A stretch of 49,096 nucleotides of DNA from a virus. Lineage: Duplodnaviria; Caudoviricetes. Positions within the stretch are counted from its first letter, which is position 1; the number at the start of each line of letters is the position of its first letter. Shown piece by piece: positions 7,943-18,464 of the stretch. Both the position numbers and the translations under genes were made by a program. The stretch is from positions 1 through 49,096 of the IMG/VR virus record IMGVR_UViG_3300005573_000128; one strand, given 5' to 3'. The notes beneath the pieces were generated by a model, which ran no database searches, was not told where the DNA came from, and worked only from the letters and a program-made list of their open reading frames with translations.

Positions 7943-10011
7943 AAGCAGAAGAAAAAATAAGAGACGAAATAATTAGAAAAAGAAATATTGCTTTACAGAC
8001 AAGAAGAGACCAATTACAGATTTGGTTAGAAACGATAAATGTCTTCTGCGATAGATTTTTTGTTCAATGGAAAGATTTTAATGCGGTTTTTACAAAAGAA
8101 AAAAATATTGAAGATGTTAAATTTGTGGAAGCAATTCCAGCCAATATTGGGATAAATGCTTATCATATTTTTTTATCGTCTTTATTATCAATTCCTCATA
8201 ATTTTTTAGTAATTCCTAAAAAAACAGATACTTTAGTAATTCAAGCATCCTATCGGGCGGAACAAGTATTAAACTCTCTAATTGCTCCTAAATTTGCTAA
8301 AATTAAATTAGATTTAATGACTTCTTTACTTTTAACTTCCAGGACACTTGTGAAGATATATTGGGATAAGAATATTGGAGAATTAGTTGAATTTCCGCTT
8401 TTAACGGATAATCCTTCACCTAATGATATTCCTTATACAATTGTTGTAAATGGACAAGAATATCCAGCCCAAATAGGCGGAAAACAATTATTTCAAAAAG
8501 TTGATTCTTCTGGAAATCCAATTTTAGTAAAAACACGATTAGGAGATATAAATTTTGCGGTAGTCCCACCAACTAATTATCTTATTGACCCATTTGCTTT
8601 AGGAAGTGCTGATGCTTTAAATCCTGATAGTTCTAATCCAGCAAGATGGATAATTCATTTCTTCTTAGTTGACGAAGAATGGTGTGAAGAAAATAATATC
8701 AAATTTGAAGGCGGAGAATTACAAAAATATAATCTTCGTGATTTTTATCCTGAATTGCGGAATATAACTATAAAAGGTGCTGTTTATCAAGAATATTACG
8801 AAAGACCTGAAAAGAAGAATAATTATGAAGGCAGATTTGTTAAAATGTTGAATGATAGAGTTATTTCTGTTGAACCATTACCAAAATTCTGCCAAGAAAA
8901 AGGTGTATTGCCTTTTATTGATTTTGCTGATGACCCTTCACCATTTACTTGGTATAATCGTTCAATTATTTCTCGTATTACACCATTACAAAAGAAATAT
9001 GCGGAATTAGAAGCATTACTGAATGAAGTATGCCGAAAAATCGGAAGAGTAAGAGTATTCTTAAATAGAGGAGCAGGCGATTTAATATTTCATGAAGTTG
9101 AAGATGATATTATTGAAGAAGTTGTAGAATATGGTGGAAATCAACCACCAGTTCAAGTAGTTATGAATGATTTACCTCAATATGCCTTACAATATTTAGA
9201 ATTGATTTTAAGAGATATTCAATTGATTACAATCCATGACCCTCGTTTTCCGCTTTCTAGTTCAAGAACAGCAACTGAATTAAATTTAACATCACTTATG
9301 GATGAGCAAAAATTATCAATCATAAAATATTATATTACCGATAAAATTTCCTTATTAGGTAGATACGCATTACAAATGTTAAGAGAAAATTATCATGTTG
9401 GCAGAATGGTAAGAGTGATGAATGATTTTTATATGTCAGAAACATTATTTTTCCATCCAGACCTTTTCTTGCCAGAAGATTATGATATTCAAGTAGATGT
9501 CGGAACACCATTCTATTTGACACAGACAGCAAAATATCAATTCTTTATCCAAGGAGTTCAGCTTGGATTATTTGACCCATTGGAATTATTAGAGGTTATG
9601 TATGGAAGTCCAATACAAGATGCGGAAACATTTATACATATGAAAGTAGCAGGTGAAGAGAATTTTAGATTATTAATTTCTAACGAAGAATTTATGAAAG
9701 CCTTTAATTTAAAAGCACAACAGCTTGAAGCGGAAAAAAGAAATCTTACTGATATAGAATTACAAGAATTATTATCAATTTTAAAAATGGGTGTAGTAGA
9801 GCCTATACATAATCATTTGATTCATGCTAAAGTTCATCGTAAATTTTTAAATAAATATGCTAATCAATTATCAGAATTTGCTTTAAAGAAAGGTATTCAA
9901 CATTATCTTGAACATTTACAATATTTACAACCACAAATTGAAGAAGCAAAATCCCGCACTAAAGCGGGTGGAGGTGAACATGGCACGCAAGAAGAAAAAG
10001 AGAGGTCGTAA
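7939..10011 (+). CDS. portal protein (P22-like)
   Basis: 690 aa; VKIYWD, YLIDP, LPFIDF, SRTATE motifs; first gene of the head module. Confidence 0.8.
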   Translation: MKAEEKIRDEIIRKRNIALQTRRDQLQIWLETINVFCDRFFVQWKDFNAVFTKEKNIEDVKFVEAIPANIGINAYHIFLSSLLSIPHNFLVIPKKTDTLVIQASYRAEQVLNSLIAPKFAKIKLDLMTSLLLTSRTLVKIYWDKNIGELVEFPLLTDNPSPNDIPYTIVVNGQEYPAQIGGKQLFQKVDSSGNPILVKTRLGDINFAVVPPTNYLIDPFALGSADALNPDSSNPARWIIHFFLVDEEWCEENNIKFEGGELQKYNLRDFYPELRNITIKGAVYQEYYERPEKKNNYEGRFVKMLNDRVISVEPLPKFCQEKGVLPFIDFADDPSPFTWYNRSIISRITPLQKKYAELEALLNEVCRKIGRVRVFLNRGAGDLIFHEVEDDIIEEVVEYGGNQPPVQVVMNDLPQYALQYLELILRDIQLITIHDPRFPLSSSRTATELNLTSLMDEQKLSIIKYYITDKISLLGRYALQMLRENYHVGRMVRVMNDFYMSETLFFHPDLFLPEDYDIQVDVGTPFYLTQTAKYQFFIQGVQLGLFDPLELLEVMYGSPIQDAETFIHMKVAGEENFRLLISNEEFMKAFNLKAQQLEAEKRNLTDIELQELLSILKMGVVEPIHNHLIHAKVHRKFLNKYANQLSEFALKKGIQHYLEHLQYLQPQIEEAKSRTKAGGGEHGTQEEKERS

Positions 10012-10015
10012 ATAA
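9980..10015 (+). CDS. possible 11-aa basic micropeptide MARKKKKRGRK
   Basis: GGAGGTG RBS at 9970-9976; overlaps the portal 3' end in another frame. Confidence 0.4.
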   Translation: MARKKKKRGRK

Positions 10016-10126
10016 AAAGAGAAGGGTGGATGGGGTGGGCTTGATTTTTTTAAAAAAATAATTAAAATAATAAAAGAGGGTGGGATGGGAAGGGAATAAG
10101 ATTGGGGGCGTCAGGAGGGATTAAAA

Positions 10127-10330
10127 ATGGCTTATATTGGATTTGATAAACTAGTAAAAAAATTAGCTGCTAGAGGAGTAAAAAATCCAAGAGCTCTAGC
10201 AGCTTGGATTGGAAGGAAAAAATATGGGAAGAAAGGTTTTGCTAAACTCTCAGCTGCTGGAAGAAAGAAAAAACTTTCAGAAGCGGAAAAAAAAGCTTTA
10301 GCAGAAAAAGTTTTAGGAAGAAAACCATAA
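10127..10330 (+). CDS. small basic protein, putative DNA-binding/condensing head protein
   Basis: AGGAGG RBS; K/R-rich; ALAAWIGRKKYG motif; lies between portal and scaffold. Confidence 0.7.
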   Translation: MAYIGFDKLVKKLAARGVKNPRALAAWIGRKKYGKKGFAKLSAAGRKKKLSEAEKKALAEKVLGRKP

Positions 10331-10343
10331 CAAGGAGGTATTT

Positions 10344-11219
10344 ATGGCAGAAGAAAACAAAATTAAAATTGAAATTGATGGTGAAGTAAGAGAATTTACC
10401 CCAGAAGAATTAAAAAATTACCTCTTAAAAGCGGAAGATTATGAAAAGAAAATGAAAAATTTAAAAAATATTGGTCAAACTTTAGGAATGGATATTACAA
10501 AAGTTGAAGACCCGGAAGAGCTATTTAAAAACATCTTAGTAAAAATTGAAGAAAAAATTTATACTACAGAAGCAGGAAAACAGTTTATTCAAGAGGCTTA
10601 TAAAAAAGTATTTGGAGAGGTGACACAGCAAGCACAGGAAAAAATTGAAATGGGTGAAATACCAGAAGAATTAAAAGAAGTTTTAGGAGAAACGGGTATA
10701 AGAAAATTAAATGATTATTTAGAAGCAAAATTTACTGATTTGAAAAATTTTTATAAAAAAGAATTAGATAAAGTTTTAAATCAAATACAAGAAGAAAAAC
10801 TTGATTCTATTGCCAAAGAAGCGGAAACCGAATATGCGGAAATTCAAAATAAATACGGCGATTTACCTGAAGCTCTTAAAGTAGCGGTAGTTCAAACTTG
10901 GCTCAATGACGAAAAAGGTCGTTCAATGTTGGAGGTGTTCGAGCAGGACATAGCCCCAACATTAAAAAAATTCGCTCCTCAGGAAGGTAGTAAAGCTTCC
11001 CCAGAAGAAATTGCTAAAAGCACTGCCGAAGCAATACAAAAAATACAAGAAAAACAAGGAGGTAAAGGCAGTGCTCATTCTGGGGCAGTTCCTCCTCCTG
11101 AGGAGACTGAAGGCTTTGACCTTCAGAAACTTCTCAACCTGTATAGGGAGTTGGGGCTTAATCTCAAGGAGGGTGATTTACCAGAACATTTTAGAGTATT
11201 AAAAAAGAAACAAACATAA
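10344..11219 (+). CDS. capsid scaffolding protein
   Basis: KIEIDGEVRE...DYEKKM motif; acidic and helical; directly before the capsid gene. Confidence 0.7.
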   Translation: MAEENKIKIEIDGEVREFTPEELKNYLLKAEDYEKKMKNLKNIGQTLGMDITKVEDPEELFKNILVKIEEKIYTTEAGKQFIQEAYKKVFGEVTQQAQEKIEMGEIPEELKEVLGETGIRKLNDYLEAKFTDLKNFYKKELDKVLNQIQEEKLDSIAKEAETEYAEIQNKYGDLPEALKVAVVQTWLNDEKGRSMLEVFEQDIAPTLKKFAPQEGSKASPEEIAKSTAEAIQKIQEKQGGKGSAHSGAVPPPEETEGFDLQKLLNLYRELGLNLKEGDLPEHFRVLKKKQT

Positions 11220-11229
11220 TTAAAAAACC

Positions 11230-12513
11230 ATGTTAGATTTATCAAAAGTTCAAGAAGTATTATTAATGAGAGCTAAGGGACTGGTTCAAGCAGTCCCAAT
11301 TTTTTCTAAAACCTGGAATCTTTTTAAAGAAAGTGCCGATATAATGCGTGATGAGGGCGGAAAAGGAATTCTTGTTCCTTCAATAATGGAGCATTTCTTT
11401 GGTTTTTCTGCTGATGTTCCGACAAAAACGGTATTCCCTGAATGGAAAGGTTTGACCTTTGATTGGAAGACCATTTACGGAAGAATTGAAATCAATAGAA
11501 AAGAGTGGCTAAAAATGTCAAAAGCTCCTAATGCTGACCAACTTCAATTAAAAACTATCAGCGATGTCTTAACGATTTTTGAAAAATCTTTTCTTCATAA
11601 TTGTGGAAGGATAGCAACAAGTGATGGTAGTGCGATTCTAGCAAAAGTAAAAGCAGTTGGTGGAGCGGGGAATACAAAATTATATCTCAAAAATTATATC
11701 AGCGACGATACACTTTATCCTGATGATTGTAAAAGATGGATTTACAAAAATTTAATTATTGATATTCATGCTCCTACAAGTCCTTATACTAAGAAAAAGT
11801 CTGCTGTTCAAATTATTTCTGACCCGAAAAAAGATGAAACAGGTTGGTATGTTGATGTTGATACTGCTCTTACTGGTGTTGTGGAAGATGATTTAATCGT
11901 TATTTATAATTCTTTATTCAATGAACCAATGGGAATTTCAGCAATTGTTGATGATGGAACAATCGCACCTGTTTATGGCGGAAAAAATAGAGCTGATTAT
12001 CCACTTTTGAAATCTACAATTTTTAGAGGAACTGCTGAAAGTCCATTGACTTTATCAAGAGGACTTTTATTGGATTTATGGGGCGAAATGAATAAACGCG
12101 GAGCAACAAAAGTTACTCATATTCTTACTACACCTAAGGTTATCATTAAATATTGTCTTCAAACTATTGATATTTTAAGAAGGGTCTTTGAACAAAGGAT
12201 TCCAAAGGCTGATTTAGGAATTTCTGGTTATGTTTGGACGCATCCAGATGGTTATGAAGTTCCGATTGTTGTTGACCCACAACTTCCCGAAGGAACTTTA
12301 TTCATGATTGACGCGGAAGACCTCAAAATTTCTTATAATACTGAATTTGAATGGATTCCTGCTGATGATAAATCTAAAAATATTTTTGAATTCCTTGTAA
12401 ATTCCAAAAACCAAGATGTTATGGTTGCTACCGGTATGATGATGTTGGCAATTTACAGTCCAGCTCCCAACAAACACGGTGCTTTAATCAATATTGATAT
12501 TAGCTTAACATAA
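11230..12513 (+). CDS. major capsid protein
   Basis: 427 aa; EPMGISAIVDD, PIVVDPQLPEG, PNKHGAL motifs; followed by a terminator. Confidence 0.8.
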   Translation: MLDLSKVQEVLLMRAKGLVQAVPIFSKTWNLFKESADIMRDEGGKGILVPSIMEHFFGFSADVPTKTVFPEWKGLTFDWKTIYGRIEINRKEWLKMSKAPNADQLQLKTISDVLTIFEKSFLHNCGRIATSDGSAILAKVKAVGGAGNTKLYLKNYISDDTLYPDDCKRWIYKNLIIDIHAPTSPYTKKKSAVQIISDPKKDETGWYVDVDTALTGVVEDDLIVIYNSLFNEPMGISAIVDDGTIAPVYGGKNRADYPLLKSTIFRGTAESPLTLSRGLLLDLWGEMNKRGATKVTHILTTPKVIIKYCLQTIDILRRVFEQRIPKADLGISGYVWTHPDGYEVPIVVDPQLPEGTLFMIDAEDLKISYNTEFEWIPADDKSKNIFEFLVNSKNQDVMVATGMMMLAIYSPAPNKHGALINIDISLT

Positions 12514-12519
12514 TAAATG

Positions 12520-12548
12520 AGGGGGGCGGAGTAATCCTCCGCCCCTTT
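12520..12548 (+). terminator. intrinsic terminator after the capsid gene
   Basis: GGGGCGGAG-TAATC-CTCCGCCCC followed by TTT. Confidence 0.7.
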
Positions 12549-12552
12549 AAAA

Positions 12553-13245
12553 ATGAAATGGAATGATTTTTTTAATCTTGTAAGGTTAAAACTGATAGAA
12601 GGCGGAGGACAAGGAGCTTATCAAGATACTCAAATTGTAAAAAACGCTCATTCAGCAGCTAGGTTTATTTTAATTTCCGCCCCATTAGAATTGATGGATA
12701 ATTATAATATTTTCAAATTAACTTATACTTTTGAAGTAAATGATAATTCTACACCTCCTTATTCTGAAATTTCTCTTCCAACACAATTTGTTCGTCTTTT
12801 ATCTTTTGAATATTATACAGGAAGTAATTACAAAATGGCTACTTATTATGATTTAAATGAATTTCTTCATAAAGTAAATTTATTTCCTTCTGATACTACT
12901 CCAATTTTTACAAAATTTGGAAATTCCCTATTAGTTGCTCCTAAATATCGTTATGGTTACTCTTATATTTTAAGATATATTGCTAATAATCTTTCATTAG
13001 AGCCTAGTCCTAATGATGATTTTAATTTTTCAACAAATCTAATTGAACCTTTGATTTTTTATACTTGTGGTTTAATTTCTCTTGACGATGGTAATTATCA
13101 AGGAGCAAGCAGTTTCTTTAATTTAAGTATGTCTACACTTCAACAATATATTGCTTCTTTATCTATTACACCTCCACGAATTGGAATTACACCTGAGGAA
13201 GAAAAAGATATTATGCGTGGTAGTGGAAGGTTAATTCAAAAATGA
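12553..13245 (+). CDS. putative head-tail adaptor / tail tubular protein A-like
   Basis: Size, position, SLPTQFVRL and LLVAP motifs. Confidence 0.55.
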   Translation: MKWNDFFNLVRLKLIEGGGQGAYQDTQIVKNAHSAARFILISAPLELMDNYNIFKLTYTFEVNDNSTPPYSEISLPTQFVRLLSFEYYTGSNYKMATYYDLNEFLHKVNLFPSDTTPIFTKFGNSLLVAPKYRYGYSYILRYIANNLSLEPSPNDDFNFSTNLIEPLIFYTCGLISLDDGNYQGASSFFNLSMSTLQQYIASLSITPPRIGITPEEEKDIMRGSGRLIQK

Positions 13246-13898
13246 TACAGGCAGAGGTTATATATCAAACAATTAAAAGAGAATTTGCGGAATATCTTGA
13301 AAACGCGGATTTCTATAATCTTTTTTATGATACTTTACAAGAAGCGGTAAGAACGGTTATTTATGATATTAAGCTTTTTTTCCAAGTTGCTCAGAAGGAA
13401 ATAAAAAGTGGTGATTGGAAAATTGTTTTAGGGGATGATGTTGTTGAAATTGGAGAAGTTCTTTGGAAGCCCAATGACGAAGAGGAATGGGAAAGATTAC
13501 AACCAGATGATTTCACAACCATCTTACAAGCTTCAAAAGATAAAGGAAATCCAAGATATTATGGAATACTCCTAGAAGGCGGAACAGCATATTTATTACT
13601 TTCTCCTCCTCCAGAAAAAGATTCTTCTTTAATGATTACTTATAAGCAATGGAATATGGATATTATAAGACCCGACCCTAGAAATTATGCTGCTTATTTA
13701 ATAAATCTTCCGCTTTTTTTATTAAAAGCAATTGAATATTATTGTCTTAAAAAGTTTGCTTATTATTTTAATCCTCAGAAAGAAGCGGAATATTTTCAAA
13801 GATATTTATTAGAAATTCAAACACTAAATTCAAGGTATGCCTCACCAGTTAAGTTTGTGGGGCGGAAACAAAAAACAATATTTTGGCAAAGACTATGA
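13242..13898 (+). CDS. second putative head-tail adaptor-like protein
   Basis: GNPRYY...LLSPPP motif; position. Confidence 0.55.
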   Translation: MIQAEVIYQTIKREFAEYLENADFYNLFYDTLQEAVRTVIYDIKLFFQVAQKEIKSGDWKIVLGDDVVEIGEVLWKPNDEEEWERLQPDDFTTILQASKDKGNPRYYGILLEGGTAYLLLSPPPEKDSSLMITYKQWNMDIIRPDPRNYAAYLINLPLFLLKAIEYYCLKKFAYYFNPQKEAEYFQRYLLEIQTLNSRYASPVKFVGRKQKTIFWQRL

Positions 13899-14158
13899 AC
13901 TGGAAATATTTAATTTTAAGATTAGTAGCAATTTGGTGTAACAGTTTTTTTACTGCTATGCTTTCAATCTTTACAATTGACCGAATTCTACAAACCAAAA
14001 TATCTTTTACCTTTATGTTGTTTGCTGGAATATTTGTTGCTTCTTTACATGGTTTCCAAGCTGTTGCTTCTGAGATAAACGAGTATCTGAAAAACAAAAA
14101 CAACCACAATTGTAATAATAATTGTGGTTCAGGAAAAATTAAATTTTTAGTTTTTTAA
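13883..14158 (+). CDS. 2-TM membrane protein, holin-like
   Basis: Two hydrophobic helices; start is 13883 or 13895. Confidence 0.5.
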   Translation: MAKTMNWKYLILRLVAIWCNSFFTAMLSIFTIDRILQTKISFTFMLFAGIFVASLHGFQAVASEINEYLKNKNNHNCNNNCGSGKIKFLVF

Positions 14159-14159
14159 T

Positions 14160-14594
14160 ATGCTGACACAAAAATTTTTAACAAATTTAAGAGATAGTTT
14201 ATTAAATTCTCGTTTAAATGTTCCAACTGCTTATTGTCGTCCCAAAGGTATTGTTTTAGAAGATGCGTCTAGTTCAGAAAATGTTTTTTATATTTTTTCA
14301 ATTTCTTATAGCAATAAAGGAATTAATGAACAAGGAGTTGCTTACATCTATTTTACTGGTTATTTTGAGAATAATACACAAGCAGAAATTCAGGTTCATA
14401 AAGAATATGTTGTTGGAGAAACAGATTCTGGTAATCCATCTTTAGAAGAGATTTTACAAATGTTTGTAAATAATGACCCTCAAAAAACAAATTATATTTT
14501 AGCAGAAAATACATTACAGACGCCTTATACTATTGGTATTGGCGAAATTCAAGGATACAAGGTTCAATTTGAATTTCAAGAAGCAACTACTTAA
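14160..14594 (+). CDS. putative virion structural protein
   Basis: Position in the tail module; beta-rich. Confidence 0.5.
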   Translation: MLTQKFLTNLRDSLLNSRLNVPTAYCRPKGIVLEDASSSENVFYIFSISYSNKGINEQGVAYIYFTGYFENNTQAEIQVHKEYVVGETDSGNPSLEEILQMFVNNDPQKTNYILAENTLQTPYTIGIGEIQGYKVQFEFQEATT

Positions 14595-14595
14595 T

Positions 14596-15765
14596 GTGCG
14601 GTATAATACGATTACTAATCATTTTCTTGAACTTAATACCCGTTATCAAACTTATTCTGAACAAACTAAACCAATATCTTATTTAAAGATAATTTTTAGT
14701 AATCTTTCTGAAGAAATATTACCAATTTCAATAGTAGAAGACAAATATTATGCGGAATATCAAAATAATAGTATAAAACCCAAAATAATTACACGCTTAG
14801 AATTACTTTATAATACTTCTGAAGAAAATTATACTTATGCTGATATAAATTATACAATAAATCCCTTTGAAAATGTTCAAATTTATTGGGATATTAGTTG
14901 GCAAAAAGACCCATCAAGCGGAATAACAGATATCTTCCTTACTAATCTAAAATCTTATTTCCGTCAAACGCAAACTTCATATCCTTTAACAAATATTTTA
15001 GTAAGATTAAATGTGAATGGTAATATTTATGAATTTAATAAACCTGCTATTTTAGAGGAAATAACTTCAAATTATACCTTATGGAAAGCTGTTTTTAAGA
15101 ATGAGCAAGAAAGCGGAATATTAAATTTTGTGAAAGGTTTTAATAATAATTTTAGTTTAGTAGAAAAAAATACAAATGTTCAATGGGGAAAGGATGAAAT
15201 AAAAATAATCAAAATAAAAATTTATTGGAATGCTTTTGAAAATCCTCCTAATATACAACCTCCAAGGATAGATTTAAGTGATTATTTTTTAGGTAATGAT
15301 GAAATAATAATTACTGAACCACCAATTAGAGAGTTAACTTTTAAGATAAATTTACAGCCAGAACCTTCTACAAAACCAAGCCAATCAAGATTTTTAAATT
15401 CTTTAATTAGAATAATTTGGGAAAATTGGTTAGAAAGTTTTACGCGTATAATTTTATCAAAAGTAAAAATCGGAATAAACTTTAATCGTTTTCTAATTAT
15501 ACAGCGTATTAGAAATTATATAACAAAAATAAAAGCAAGTATTTTAAAAAGATTTTCCGCGTTAAGGAATTATCTAATGATGATTGGTTTAAATATTTTC
15601 AAAAGACTTTCTCAAAACAGAAATTATTTGGTATGGTTGAATTACAGCCGAAGATTTTTTTCTTTTGTTCCCCGTCAAAATCAAATATTGGTAAGAATAC
15701 TTTTAGAACGCCAAAAAGCGGAATTTACAGATAATTGGAAAAAATTAGATATTAATAAATTATGA
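14596..15765 (+). CDS. putative tail-associated protein with basic ~18-aa-periodic C-terminus
   Basis: In-frame GTG just after the upstream stop; RNY repeats; start uncertain (track gives 14533). Confidence 0.5.
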   Translation: MRYNTITNHFLELNTRYQTYSEQTKPISYLKIIFSNLSEEILPISIVEDKYYAEYQNNSIKPKIITRLELLYNTSEENYTYADINYTINPFENVQIYWDISWQKDPSSGITDIFLTNLKSYFRQTQTSYPLTNILVRLNVNGNIYEFNKPAILEEITSNYTLWKAVFKNEQESGILNFVKGFNNNFSLVEKNTNVQWGKDEIKIIKIKIYWNAFENPPNIQPPRIDLSDYFLGNDEIIITEPPIRELTFKINLQPEPSTKPSQSRFLNSLIRIIWENWLESFTRIILSKVKIGINFNRFLIIQRIRNYITKIKASILKRFSALRNYLMMIGLNIFKRLSQNRNYLVWLNYSRRFFSFVPRQNQILVRILLERQKAEFTDNWKKLDINKL

Positions 15766-18419
15766 AACCATATCAAAAAGGTATTCAATTAAATTTAAGC
15801 CCTTATATAAATTACACTTTACATCCCAAGACTATTTTTCCTAATTTTTGTGCTGAAAACATAAATAGCCATATAATTCCTTTTGGTTTTTTAGCGAATG
15901 TTCCTTTTTCAAAAGAAATACAAAATATAATCCCTGATATTGAAAATATAATTACATTTTATATTTGGGAATTTCAAAGAAATTGGTATTTTTTATTCAT
16001 TTGGCATAATAAAATTCAAATTTGGAAGGCAAAAGATTTATTTTTTGGAAACGCGGAAAATATATTAACACAAATTGGATTAGCTGATAATTATCCTTGT
16101 ATATTCCGCTTTTTAGACCGTATTGTTATTATTGGCTTTAAAATAAATACTGCTGGAAGGGGAAATATAGTATTTATTCCTTTGGATGCTCATAGAGTAT
16201 TCTGGAATGATGAAATTTCTGCCTTTTGGGGATATCCTTATAGAGATAGAATAGTTTTAGCCAAAATTGAAGATACTAATTGTTTTGTTATATGGGGAAG
16301 ACCATTTAAATATGATGAATTTCATCCTGATGATTATGTGGCAATTGCTTTAAGTGTTGATGAAGTTGTTACAAGAATATTAGAAGTAAGTGGTTATATT
16401 TTTATCTTTACAAATTTTAGAATATTCCGAATAGATGGAATTCCGCCCGCAAGAATTGTAAAAATATCTGATTTTGGTTGTCCAAGTGGTTGTGCTATTG
16501 CTTATGGCGGAACAATAATATTCTTAGACAAGAATGGTGATTTTTATAAATATGATTTACAAGGAGAAAAATTAGAAAATATATCTTTACCAATAATGGG
16601 TATTCGGGAAGAATTAAAATTCTATCCATATTTGAGTTTTAAATATATCCTTGACCCTAATTTTCCGGAATTAATTGAATTTGTTGATGAATCAGGGCAG
16701 ATTTATGATAATAAAATTTATCCTTATTTTTATCTTGGAAATACTACTTATCAAAAAAAGATTGCTGACTATGATAATGAAAACATACAAACTTTTCATT
16801 TTGGAATTTCTAATAGTGATTTAAAAGAAAGACCACAATATATAATTGAAGGAAAAACATATCATCAAATTTATATTTTTGAATTTGCTATAGGTAAAGA
16901 TAATTGGATAAATAATCCAGGAAGCGGAATGACAGAAATACCTTTTGCTTTGTCTCCTACTAATAGTGGGGGAGTTTTAGAAACATTTAAATTAGATGGT
17001 TGGGAAGCATCACTTTCTGGCGATATTGATGAAATTAAAGGTTATTTCAGAATAATTTTTGAAATTTTAGATGAAAATGGGGATACGAAATTATTAATTT
17101 TTTCAAATGAATATGAGGAAACACTTTATTTAAATGAAAATATATCTCTTAAGTTTAATCGCGAAAAAATATATAGATTTTATTGTGATTATTTTAATTT
17201 TCCTCCTGCTAACTCATATGAATTATTACCTTATCCAATTGCTAATTTTTTGACTTCCTTAAAAAGAGTTCGCATAAAACTTTCAATTTTGTATACTAAT
17301 AATTATATAAATTATCCAGCTCCATATGTTGTAACTACTTTTCATTATCAATTAGCACAAAACGAAGTTAATAATGAAATACATTATAAAAATATTTTAA
17401 AACATGAATTTATTGCTACTTCATATCCTGATAAACATCCGCTTTTAAAATTAAAAGGTTATTATTATCCCCAAATTAGAATTAGACCAAATTATACTGG
17501 TAAAGTTTTTTCACTTTTTAAAGGCGAAAAAGTCGGAAAATTATTTATAAATTATGCTTTTACTGACCAATTAGGCTTTGAAACTTTACGAAATCATCCA
17601 GAATATAGATATGGAAATACTATTTTAAATTTTGAATTAAAAGATGATTATGGTAGTTCTTTGATAAGAGGTGATATTCATTCACAAGAAATCCATTCTT
17701 ATTATAAAGAAGTATCAGATGATATAGATTTTTATAAAAATGATATAATGATTAAGATTGACCAGTTATCTTTTCAAGGACTTTATGGCGGAATAACACA
17801 AAGTTTTCCTGTCTTTTTAGCTCCTATTGAATTACTTAAATTTTTTGCTTATTCTTATGATACAGGTGAATTTTTTGCCAATGAATTTGGCTTTTTCTTC
17901 ATAAAAAAAGATAGTGATTGGATTTTATATTATGATGGTAATGGTTTTTTAAAGATTAGACCATCTGAATTTACAGATTTTAAAATTAAAAAAGCCTTTT
18001 ATATAGATAAACATATCATTTTAACCTCTAAAATTAGTGATGTTTATAAAATAAAATATGTTAGTTTTGAGTATAAAACTGATTTTTCCGCCCAAAAAGG
18101 TTATTATCGGACTGGGATTATTTCCCCAAAAAACTTAAAAGAATTAGATATGCCAATTATTTTAAAAGGCTTTGGGATAGAATTACGCCCCTTAAATGTT
18201 TTTGATGATTTTTATTTAGATATTCGTTTTTGGGCTGAAGGCGGAACACAACCTTTATATGAAGAGGTCATTTTAAATAAACAAAGAGTTAAAAGGTCTT
18301 TAAACTTAAAAAATTTTGATAGGGACTTTTATATTGAGTTTTATTTTAAAAATTGTTGTATTTTAAATTTTGAATTATATTATATTCCGAAGATTAAGTT
18401 TGATGTTGATAAAAATTAA
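15762..18419 (+). CDS. putative tail nozzle / tubular protein B-like protein
   Basis: 885 aa; beta-propeller-like N-terminus (YRDRIVLA, IFIFT, FGCPS, IIFLDKNG); directly before ejection-like genes. Confidence 0.6.
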   Translation: MKPYQKGIQLNLSPYINYTLHPKTIFPNFCAENINSHIIPFGFLANVPFSKEIQNIIPDIENIITFYIWEFQRNWYFLFIWHNKIQIWKAKDLFFGNAENILTQIGLADNYPCIFRFLDRIVIIGFKINTAGRGNIVFIPLDAHRVFWNDEISAFWGYPYRDRIVLAKIEDTNCFVIWGRPFKYDEFHPDDYVAIALSVDEVVTRILEVSGYIFIFTNFRIFRIDGIPPARIVKISDFGCPSGCAIAYGGTIIFLDKNGDFYKYDLQGEKLENISLPIMGIREELKFYPYLSFKYILDPNFPELIEFVDESGQIYDNKIYPYFYLGNTTYQKKIADYDNENIQTFHFGISNSDLKERPQYIIEGKTYHQIYIFEFAIGKDNWINNPGSGMTEIPFALSPTNSGGVLETFKLDGWEASLSGDIDEIKGYFRIIFEILDENGDTKLLIFSNEYEETLYLNENISLKFNREKIYRFYCDYFNFPPANSYELLPYPIANFLTSLKRVRIKLSILYTNNYINYPAPYVVTTFHYQLAQNEVNNEIHYKNILKHEFIATSYPDKHPLLKLKGYYYPQIRIRPNYTGKVFSLFKGEKVGKLFINYAFTDQLGFETLRNHPEYRYGNTILNFELKDDYGSSLIRGDIHSQEIHSYYKEVSDDIDFYKNDIMIKIDQLSFQGLYGGITQSFPVFLAPIELLKFFAYSYDTGEFFANEFGFFFIKKDSDWILYYDGNGFLKIRPSEFTDFKIKKAFYIDKHIILTSKISDVYKIKYVSFEYKTDFSAQKGYYRTGIISPKNLKELDMPIILKGFGIELRPLNVFDDFYLDIRFWAEGGTQPLYEEVILNKQRVKRSLNLKNFDRDFYIEFYFKNCCILNFELYYIPKIKFDVDKN

Positions 18420-18464
18420 ATTTTTAGTAAAATATTTAATGATGGGAATTAAACGGAGGGAAAG

